From an uncultured virus (IMG/VR IMGVR_UViG_3300030098_004510) (lineage: Duplodnaviria > Heunggongvirae > Uroviricota > Caudoviricetes), in IMG/VR virus record IMGVR_UViG_3300030098_004510: DNA of 64,000 nucleotides; one strand, written 5' to 3'. A program made the position numbers and the translations under genes. Of the stretch, positions 39,771 through 46,719 are shown in pieces (positions within the stretch are counted from its first letter, which is position 1; the number at the start of each line of letters is the position of its first letter). The notes beneath the pieces are model-generated. The model did not search any database and was not told the origin of the DNA. It saw nothing but the letters and a program-made list of their open reading frames with translations.

Positions 39771-40064
39771 ATGACAGAAAATTTACCAAAGGTCATTACA
39801 AGTAATGGAAGTGATATTACACCATTATTAAAAGAGATGATTGACCATTTAAAGTTAGAAAAAGAATTAGGCAACGTTGATAAGTTGGCTGATGTTAAAG
39901 TTCCAATGAGTTCAAGTGCTGATTGGAAGTTAATCTGTGGTGTCTTATGCAATTCAATAGTTGAATGGGCTGGACAAAACAGAAACAATGGTGGCTTAGA
40001 CCTTATACACCATATGCAAAGCGATATTGGATATTTAGTTAAACGATTGGGTTTAGTAGAATAG
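39771..40064 (+). CDS. Small early protein
   Basis: AAAGGACTACT leader identical to that of 39352. Confidence 0.75.
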   Translation: MTENLPKVITSNGSDITPLLKEMIDHLKLEKELGNVDKLADVKVPMSSSADWKLICGVLCNSIVEWAGQNRNNGGLDLIHHMQSDIGYLVKRLGLVE

Positions 40065-40090
40065 AATAGTAGTCGCTATTTTACTATTAC

Positions 40091-40118
40091 AGGGGGATAT
40101 TTTTATCCCCCTTTTTTT
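40091..40118 (+). terminator. Rho-independent terminator
   Basis: AGGGGGATA-N-TATCCCCC-T7. Confidence 0.85.
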
Positions 40119-40299
40119 ATGCACTCAACTCTGCACCTGCCTTCCCGGGAACTGATCACGCTGGGCCCGGGACAAAGTGTCGCACTTCGGGGAGTTAAAG
40201 AGTTTGAGTTAGGTTTGGGAGTTTGACTGGCGGGCGCCCGCGGGAACAAACACCTGGGCTGTGGATAACTTGTGGATAAGTGTGGAGTTTGTGGAGTTT

Positions 40300-40592
40300 G
40301 GGGGAATAGAACGGACTACTGGCCAACCGAGTAAGGACTAAACCCCATTACCATCTCCTTTTGAGGCAAGAGCCGAATAACTCCGTTTATCTTGCCTCGT
40401 ATTGTCTGCAACAGTTGACTACGCCGTAGTATGTTAGACAATTCTTTTGCTCTTTATCGGTTAAAGGAGAACTCTCCTCGCCCCTGCCTGTTTTTATCGG
40501 TTATAGTATAGAACTCAGTTATAAACTACACTGTAAGCCAATTGGCTAGTTATTATGAGGGTGCTTTGCAACGACTTACCTCATAACTAACT
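40300..40592 (-). ncRNA. Candidate multi-hairpin small RNA
   Basis: Promoter TTGCGT-17-TATAGT (40627-40599); stems 40547-40589, 40401-40442, 40363-40398; no credible ORF. Confidence 0.5.
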
Positions 40593-40724
40593 AAACATAC
40601 TATACATCTTTCCAAACCATGACGCAATAGGTCTATTACTTTTCTTGTGGATAAGTTTCCAAACCCCATCATGCCACATGTAAGTATATGTGTAATCTTT
40701 CGTCCATTTGTTCCAACGAATCAT
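40587..40724 (-). CDS. Trp/Tyr-rich micro-protein, 45 aa (not in ORF track)
   Basis: AGAAAGGATTACT leader; MIRWNKWTKDYTYTYMWHDGVWKLIHKK...; own promoter. Confidence 0.6.
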   Translation of the reverse strand: MIRWNKWTKDYTYTYMWHDGVWKLIHKKSNRPIASWFGKMYSMFS

Positions 40725-40893
40725 AGTAATCCTTTCTGTTTCTAATGACATCTATATCACGAATCATCTTTCTCGTCAACTTTAATTCCCGGCGCGCCCG
40801 GTGGTTACGGACCAGCTCATGGCCCAAGGACCAAATTCCGATCTTGAGGGAGTTTGGGAGTTAAAGAGTTACAGCTGCAGGAAGCACGCAGCT

Positions 40894-40971
40894 TCAGAGA
40901 TGCAGCACATGCTGCAGGAACATCCACAGGATGTAGAGTTTCAGGGGTAATAATAGTATAAAAAACGGCAC
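40894..40971 (-). CDS. Hydrophobic micro-peptide, 25 aa (GTG start)
   Basis: GAAGGA RBS; MPFFILLLPLKLYILWMFLQHVLHL. Confidence 0.45.
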   Translation of the reverse strand: MPFFILLLPLKLYILWMFLQHVLHL

Positions 40972-41291
40972 ATTTCCTTCTCTTTCTATAGTCTCTTCAA
41001 TTGGTTTGGCTCTTCACCTGACTGGTATATAGATCCTGGAACGCTGGTTGTCAAGCTCCCGGGCAAAATATTTTCCCAGTTTTCTGGGCTTTTTATTCCG
41101 AAGCTCGCACGGAAGTTCCCCGGCGCGCCCGGTGCGTGAAGCAGGATCCGTCATCTGAAAAATGGCGGAGTTCCGGGAGTTTGGGAGATTGCGAGCGGAG
41201 TTTACGCTGGAGGTCCCGCTGCGCGCCCGGCCACTTATCCACAGGTTATCCCTGCGACAAATAGTCGCAGGGAGTTTGCGGAGTTTGAGAA

Positions 41292-41522
41292 TCAGTTAGT
41301 TGTTTCTGGTTCTCCAAATACCGATTCGTACATCTTGTCCAAAGGACTTCGGTTATCTCTATTTGCTTCAGCAACAGTATCAGCATTTTCTTTCATGACA
41401 GGCACTATCTTATCATAGTGGTCAGCAATCCTATTTAAAGTAGCTGTACTTCTGTCTAATGATTCTGTAATTTCTCGTAATGCGTCCACTATTGGATTAT
41501 TACTATCTTCTGGTAAAACCAT
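41292..41522 (-). CDS. Small early protein
   Basis: GGAG RBS and upstream promoter. Confidence 0.7.
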   Translation of the reverse strand: MVLPEDSNNPIVDALREITESLDRSTATLNRIADHYDKIVPVMKENADTVAEANRDNRSPLDKMYESVFGEPETTN

Positions 41523-41902
41523 ATTAACTCCAATCTATTTCTATCCCTTACTTTTGCCTCTCACCTACTGGGTCACTCACTATTAAAGGATAAGTATAAT
41601 ATAACATTTCCAATCGACAAATTCAACACCTCTTTCCAATTAGTTGTGGATAACTTTTTGGTACGAAGGTGAAGACGCCGGGCGCGCCCTGGCTGCAGGA
41701 TGGAAGCTCACGTTTCAGGAACAAACGGCAGAAAACTGGGGAGTTTGCGGAGTTTGCCAGCTGCATCCTGGATCCCGGCCTCCAGAGTCAGGAAACTGAA
41801 TCCGCGGAAAACTGGGAAAAACTGTAAGAGTTTGCGAGAGTTTGCGCACCGGGCGCCGGGCGCCCAGCTGCACGGATCCTGGGCCGCGGCTAAAGGTCGC
41901 AG

Positions 41903-42316
41903 TTAAGGGAGTTTGGGAGTTTGAGGACTCAAGAGTTTGACGAAGTCTAGGTCCTTGAGCGGACCCTCATAGATCCCAGGCACTTGGAACACGGTGTTTT
42001 CCCCAAGTTCCTTGGTTTTACATCCGTGAAACAGTTTAACTTGCTCTGCCAGAGGCAAGTTAACAAGGATATAAGACTGTGAGCCAGCTGTAGCATGACG
42101 CATATTCCATGCAATTTGGAATGGTGATAGCGTCACTTTATTATTACTTCCCAGCACTTTCAATTCAACTGTGAAGAAACCTGTATCTCTATGATAAATT
42201 AAGCAATCTGGGAATCCTGGTGTAACATAACTTTCAAGGCGTGAAACAATATATTCACCACCGTCTAAGTACTTCTTTAAAGTCTTCCAAAAATTTGTTT
42301 CCGTCTTTACGGTCAT
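41903..42316 (-). CDS. Holliday junction resolvase/VRR-NUC-like nuclease
   Basis: RLES..PGFPDC..FTVELK..LSPFQIAW PD-(D/E)xK motif. Confidence 0.75.
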   Translation of the reverse strand: MTVKTETNFWKTLKKYLDGGEYIVSRLESYVTPGFPDCLIYHRDTGFFTVELKVLGSNNKVTLSPFQIAWNMRHATAGSQSYILVNLPLAEQVKLFHGCKTKELGENTVFQVPGIYEGPLKDLDFVKLLSPQTPKLP

Positions 42317-42921
42317 ACTTCTTCTTGTTTTTGTTCACCCTTTGTTTCCACAGGGGTGATGTCTTTAGGTCCTTCGCTATTGGATTCCTTTTCGACTTCC
42401 AAGACTGTTTGTGCTCCTTCTTTTTTAAATTGTCCATCAATACCTAATTCCTTTAAAGCTTTTAAAACGTCATCACGCGACATAGAGTCGATACTTCCTG
42501 TCCTGATTTCTTTACGGTCAATGTACAATCCGGCAGCTTGCCCACGCAACCGCTCAGCATTAACAGCAGCACTATAAGACTTTTCTGCCAATGATTTCTC
42601 ACGCAGTCTTGCCAACTCTTGTACATGCTTATTTAACTTTACCTCGTGTGTCTTTTCAATTTCAGCTCTACGTGCGATGATAGCTTCTACAACCTTTGGG
42701 TACCTTTTACCATTTAATAATTCAGATGCCCTCACATTAGCACTATCTTCATTATACCCAGCTTGTCTTGCACATTCTGTTGGAGTCAACCTACCCTCAT
42801 TCTCAGAATATATCTTAACAAACACACGTTGTTTATCTGTCAATCCATCCGCTCTGATTGGATACTTTTTTGACATATTTGTGGCACCACTTGTGGCACC
42901 TTTCAATCTTTCATCTACCAT
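42313..42921 (-). CDS. terS: Terminase small subunit
   Basis: LTDKQRVFV..ECARQAGY..ASELL HTH; SAAVNAERLRGQAAGLYIDR. Confidence 0.8.
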   Translation of the reverse strand: MVDERLKGATSGATNMSKKYPIRADGLTDKQRVFVKIYSENEGRLTPTECARQAGYNEDSANVRASELLNGKRYPKVVEAIIARRAEIEKTHEVKLNKHVQELARLREKSLAEKSYSAAVNAERLRGQAAGLYIDRKEIRTGSIDSMSRDDVLKALKELGIDGQFKKEGAQTVLEVEKESNSEGPKDITPVETKGEQKQEEV

Positions 42922-43138
42922 GCAAAACCCCGCAGTATAGTTGAATATTTACTCATTTTTATTTCCAAAAAACAAAAAAGTGCCTTGCGTCGTCTAGAGT
43001 AGTGACACATAGGTGACACATAATAAGTCATTGATTTATATAACTTAATCGTCAATTGTGTCACTGTGGCACCAGTTTGGTCCCCGGTAACAAAATAAAA
43101 AAAACTTTTGAGCAAATATACCACTATAGGTGACACAT
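42880..43138. repeat. GTG(A/G)CAC iteron cluster around AT-rich core
   Basis: Copies at 42881, 42893, 43002, 43013, 43058 (inverted), 43066, 43130. Confidence 0.7.
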
Positions 43139-43374
43139 TACAAAATATAAATTGACCGATTTCTGCCATTTCCTCTTCCTATCCATCCTCGAGCTATTAA
43201 TTGATGCACAAATCCATGCACATGTGACTTGGAACGTGACCCTATTAATTGCTTTAGCTCCTCATAAGATGGTGCTATACCGTTTTGATCTATAAATGCT
43301 TTTATTATATCAAATACTATTTTTTGTTTGGGTGTTAACCCTTGTTTATCTTTTTTCTTCTTGACCTTTTGCAT
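43138..43374 (-). CDS. LexA-type winged-HTH DNA-binding protein, no peptidase domain
   Basis: LTPKQKIVFDIIKAFIDQNGIAPSYEEL..SKSHVH..L..RGWI..RSI. Confidence 0.8.
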   Translation of the reverse strand: MQKVKKKKDKQGLTPKQKIVFDIIKAFIDQNGIAPSYEELKQLIGSRSKSHVHGFVHQLIARGWIGRGNGRNRSIYIL

Positions 43375-43741
43375 CTGGATGACTCCAATAATCTTTCCTT
43401 ACTGTATTTAACATTTCATTCTCACCCCACTCATCAATCGCTTCTTTTGTAATTGATGCCTCAAGGGTCTTTTGTATTTCCTTTTCTTCCTCTGTTAATT
43501 CTATCCTATTTGGTCCTTTCTTTCTAACATATGTATGAACCTTAGACCATGTAATAATATACTTTGACGCTTTGGGACGTACATATCCACGTGTTGGATC
43601 TAATGATGGAAACTCTGGATGTGGATCTGTATCAAAATTATTCTTAATATACTCCATAACCTGTTCATCATTCTCAAATTGTTTAACAACCTTCTCAATG
43701 ATTGTCTTATCTAACCATAAATTAATTTCGTACGTCTGCAT
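43346..43741 (-). CDS. Hypothetical protein
   Basis: Overlapping operon ORF. Confidence 0.6.
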   Translation of the reverse strand: MQTYEINLWLDKTIIEKVVKQFENDEQVMEYIKNNFDTDPHPEFPSLDPTRGYVRPKASKYIITWSKVHTYVRKKGPNRIELTEEEKEIQKTLEASITKEAIDEWGENEMLNTVRKDYWSHPDAKGQEEKR

Positions 43742-44000
43742 GTCCCACCTGTAAATATTCTATTTTTTTAACCCATCCTTTTGGTATTGCTATTGCTCCA
43801 CCACCATGATTATCTTCCCGGTCCAAGCACCACGATCTCATAATCACTACTTTATCACCATTATTCACAACCATCCATCCAACCTCCTGGCACGTCGCCA
43901 ACGGGGCTGCTATAATTTCTTTTATATCAATCCACCCTGTCTCTGTATCACGCGCATCTTCCCACGTAATACGAACCATCGGTACAGAATTAATATCCAT
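43722..44000 (-). CDS. Conserved phage protein
   Basis: VRITWEDA..GW..C.EVGW..IPKGWVKKI. Confidence 0.7.
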   Translation of the reverse strand: MDINSVPMVRITWEDARDTETGWIDIKEIIAAPLATCQEVGWMVVNNGDKVVIMRSWCLDREDNHGGGAIAIPKGWVKKIEYLQVGHADVRN

Positions 44001-44272
44001 TAATTAAGTTTATTCCATTTATTAGCTATATCAGCATACCTATTTTGAATCTCTTGCTCTTGATTAGTTGTATCAAATTTTGCCTTAGCACGTTCCTCTG
44101 CACCTTCTGCAAATTTGTTCATTATTTCAAGTAACATCAACGTAGGAAACACTACACCGTGCACCTTTATCTTACTTAACTCATTAAGTGTTTGATCTGC
44201 ATTACTACAATCATCTTCACACTCACGTAAAACTTTATTCATTTTATTTGCTGCTTCTACTAATTCTTTCAT
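44000..44272 (-). CDS. Hypothetical protein
   Basis: AAGGAG RBS. Confidence 0.65.
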   Translation of the reverse strand: MKELVEAANKMNKVLRECEDDCSNADQTLNELSKIKVHGVVFPTLMLLEIMNKFAEGAEERAKAKFDTTNQEQEIQNRYADIANKWNKLN

Positions 44273-44284
44273 TCTATTTCTCCT

Positions 44285-44461
44285 TTAAAAGCCTGGGTAC
44301 TCGGGGCAAGATACACCATCCATTGATTCGTAATAGCCTACAGCATTATTCGCTGCACACATTTCTTCCTCATTCCCCTCAAACATTGCGTCATAAAACG
44401 CATTACGTGCACGCTTTAATTCATCATGCACGTTAACTTCTTTAATTATTGGTTCATTCAT
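44285..44461 (-). CDS. Hypothetical protein (start revised to MNEPII)
   Basis: ATGA overlap with upstream micro-ORF. Confidence 0.55.
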   Translation of the reverse strand: MNEPIIKEVNVHDELKRARNAFYDAMFEGNEEEMCAANNAVGYYESMDGVSCPEYPGF

Positions 44462-44541
44462 GTTCCAAATGCCCAACTAATTATATACTGACATACCATA
44501 ATAAAAATTGCTATTTTTATTGGTAAGAATAAAAACCACAT
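44458..44541 (-). CDS. Hydrophobic micro-peptide, 27 aa
   Basis: MWFLFLPIKIAIFIMVCQYIISWAFGT; coupled on both sides. Confidence 0.5.
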   Translation of the reverse strand: MWFLFLPIKIAIFIMVCQYIISWAFGT

Positions 44542-44780
44542 CACAACCTCACTGCCATATATTCATAATCAAAATCACCATGCTTTTTTTGAACCAATGT
44601 AACAACATTAGATAAATATTTATTATAAGCATATGACTTGATCGCACGCACACGGCGCTCATCGCTCGTGGGCGAATACTTTTGTAAATGTGGACCCATA
44701 ATGTAACCACGATAATAAGTAATCTTATCACCTGGTTTAGATTTATTTATCCACTCATCAAACTTCGTTTTACTAATCAT
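44541..44780 (-). CDS. Hypothetical protein (start revised to MISKTKF)
   Basis: PGDKITYYRG..VTLVQKK..YEYMAVR. Confidence 0.65.
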   Translation of the reverse strand: MISKTKFDEWINKSKPGDKITYYRGYIMGPHLQKYSPTSDERRVRAIKSYAYNKYLSNVVTLVQKKHGDFDYEYMAVRL

Positions 44781-44789
44781 AATTCTTTT

Positions 44790-44977
44790 AAGTGAGTAGG
44801 GGGATTCTTTGACTACCCCCAACCTTTTCCCGTCCAGTCAACATGTCCTATGCTAACAAGTACTTCAGTACCAACCCTCGCACCCTCAGTCATTCGACCA
44901 TACCTTGCGAGAACTGTGCCTTACAACCTGGAGACTGTTGTTCAGCCATACTCGGAGAATGTTGCACCATCCTCATT
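44790..44977 (-). ncRNA. Complex structured RNA, about 190 nt (possibly manA-motif-like)
   Basis: Six or more stems, closing GAGUA/UACUC helix, possible pseudoknot, strong upstream promoter. Confidence 0.7.
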
Positions 44978-44983
44978 TACCTT

Positions 44984-45012
44984 ATTATAGCATGTTCATA
45001 TGAACAAAACAA
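44984..45012 (-). promoter_or_regulatory. Sigma70 promoter with palindromic operator in spacer
   Basis: TTGTTT-17-TATAAT; TGTTCATATGAACA at 44993-45006. Confidence 0.7.
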
Positions 45013-45220
45013 GTACTTTATTTGGCAGAAAACAAGGATTTTTTAAAGTCAAGTAAAATTATTTTCTTGACACCATTACAAACCATTACAAAAAAACCTG
45101 TCAAGCATTTTTTTCTTGCACATTATCAACACATAATGTACACATAAAGTTCTCAACTTCATTTCATCTCGGTGGACTCCAGGCACATTCGTTGCAGGGG
45201 GTCCCCAATTAAAGGAACGC

Positions 45221-45352
45221 ATGGTAAAGTACTGGAAAAAGTTTTTAAAATGGTTAAAATACGAGCCACATAAATATTATATGAGAGGCAATGTTTCTAG
45301 TAGCAAATCTACCACCGACAAAAGTATATATAAAAAAAGAATATCTGTATGA
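45221..45352 (+). CDS. Micro-protein, 43 aa (not in ORF track)
   Basis: AAAGGA RBS; MVKYWKKFLKWLKYEPHKYYMRG... Confidence 0.5.
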   Translation: MVKYWKKFLKWLKYEPHKYYMRGNVSSSKSTTDKSIYKKRISV

Positions 45353-45929
45353 CCACGAGAAAGGTCACGGAGAATTTGTAGAAGGTGTTTGGATTACTGT
45401 TAAGTCAATCCAAGGCAGAGCACTCTACTTTGAAACGTATCTGCCGGAATATGGTGCTCTTTATGATAAGCTCCCTATTAGTGCTTTTGTTACTTCCCCT
45501 GATATTAAAGATAGTCTTGAACTAGAAGAACTAGAGCTGTGGGACGCGTTTAGCTACCACATAACTGTTGTAGAAAAATCCTCACTCGCTGGCACACGTT
45601 GTAAATACCTTGCACCATCAAAGAAATGGTACTATGGTGAATACTTATTTACGATTGACAGTTGCCATGCGGATACAAATATCCTTAATGTAAATTACTC
45701 AGAGGTCCCAGAGGAGCACAAATCGTTTAATATACTAGAATTAGATAATGGACACTACGCTGCCCAACCTAATAATAGAGTCATATTCTACGATAAATCT
45801 TTAACGCCTTCACAAACATTGCAACCTGATTTCAAGGTGTCAACAAAATATTATTCAGTTGAAAATAAAAGTAAATGGACAGCTGGCGATGATACTAATT
45901 ATTTTTACGGATTAAAACAACAAGAATGA
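45291..45929 (+). CDS. Conserved phage protein of unknown function
   Basis: EYLYDHEKGHGEF..YDKLPISAF..LELWDAFS..EHKSFN..AQPNNR. Confidence 0.8.
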   Translation: MFLVANLPPTKVYIKKEYLYDHEKGHGEFVEGVWITVKSIQGRALYFETYLPEYGALYDKLPISAFVTSPDIKDSLELEELELWDAFSYHITVVEKSSLAGTRCKYLAPSKKWYYGEYLFTIDSCHADTNILNVNYSEVPEEHKSFNILELDNGHYAAQPNNRVIFYDKSLTPSQTLQPDFKVSTKYYSVENKSKWTAGDDTNYFYGLKQQE

Positions 45930-46153
45930 CAATTAAAGTATGGTTATTATATTTACTAATCTCAATGCCTGGTATGCCTTCAGTAAAGAACAATTCTTTT
46001 TTGTATCCTAACGAGGAAGAATGCATGCAAGCATTAGTAGATTATCTTAATATATATGAATCAAAAAGCGCAGAATATAAGGCTGGTTTAAAGACTACGG
46101 GATATTGTTTACCCTTTGATGCTTTTCCTATACAAGGTATGAATATTTTATGA
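45926..46153 (+). CDS. Small secreted/membrane protein with Cys pair
   Basis: N-terminal hydrophobic stretch; ATGA overlaps. Confidence 0.65.
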   Translation: MTIKVWLLYLLISMPGMPSVKNNSFLYPNEEECMQALVDYLNIYESKSAEYKAGLKTTGYCLPFDAFPIQGMNIL

Positions 46154-46719
46154 AATCATTATTTATTCTCTTAACAATCATTACAGTCGTTGCCGTGGCA
46201 ACAGATGCTAACAGTGCTGATACAAATACAACGGTGTCTTCGACCGTAGTAACGGACAAGGCACCACCAACTGCTAACTCACCTAGTGTTGTAGTAAATA
46301 ACTCTGACGTGTGTAAGACAGCAGCTGCAGGTGCCGTGCAAACCCAGATCCTCGGTATTAGCAGCGGTATTACTATCACTGATGAAAACTGTGAAAGAAT
46401 AAAATTATCTAGATCTTTATATTCCATGGGCATGAAAGTAGCAGCAGTATCTACATTATGTGCTGACCCTCGTGTCTGGGATGCGATGTATATGGCAGGC
46501 ACAGTTTGTCCATACATGGGGTCTATTGGAGAAGAAGCACGTGAGAAATGGGAAGCTAACTCTGATATGATACCTGAAGGATCAGAAGTATTTAAGAAAG
46601 TAGAAATGATTAAACAAGAAGAAAACAAAACAACTGGATTAACTGATGGACAAAAATTTGCGAAATTTGTTTTATTTGGCATGGCTATGCATTCTGGTAT
46701 TGTCGCCTTTTTCCCTTAG
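46150..46719 (+). CDS. Secreted Cys-containing protein
   Basis: Signal peptide (ANS-A); NSDVC, DENCERIKL, LCADPRV, GTVCP. Confidence 0.75.
   Translation: MKSLFILLTIITVVAVATDANSADTNTTVSSTVVTDKAPPTANSPSVVVNNSDVCKTAAAGAVQTQILGISSGITITDENCERIKLSRSLYSMGMKVAAVSTLCADPRVWDAMYMAGTVCPYMGSIGEEAREKWEANSDMIPEGSEVFKKVEMIKQEENKTTGLTDGQKFAKFVLFGMAMHSGIVAFFP

Larger units (their letters stand above)
40599..41626 (-). promoter_or_regulatory. Four leftward sigma70-like promoters
   Basis: TTGAAT-17-TATATT (41626), TTGACA-17-TATATA (41054), TTGACG-17-TATAGA (40779), TTGCGT-17-TATAGT (40627). Confidence 0.65.
39259..41653. promoter_or_regulatory. Seven perfect DnaA boxes (TTATCCACA)
   Basis: + strand 39259, 39270, 41235; minus strand 40260, 40271, 40646, 41645. 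Confidence 0.8.
39097..41940. repeat. GC-rich repeat region: GAGTT(TG) iterons, CCGGCGCGCCCGG-type palindromes, TTGTCGC boxes
   Basis: More than 20 GAGTT copies mostly on + strand; 15-nt tandem at 39176-39205; exact 18-nt repeat at about 41270 and 41739. Confidence 0.85.

Noticed and set aside
41700..41906. 68-aa plus-strand ORF
   Set aside because: Lies in GC-rich iterons with atypical composition
39097..41940. CRISPR or mini-array interpretation of the repeats
   Set aside because: Repeats are 5-18 nt, irregularly spaced, with no constant repeat-spacer period and no cas genes
42915..43169. 84-aa minus-strand ORF
   Set aside because: Spans the iteron/AT-rich region and is not protein-like
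44843..45046. 67-aa plus-strand ORF and 5' extension of 44541-44822
   Set aside because: Overlap the structured RNA and its promoter
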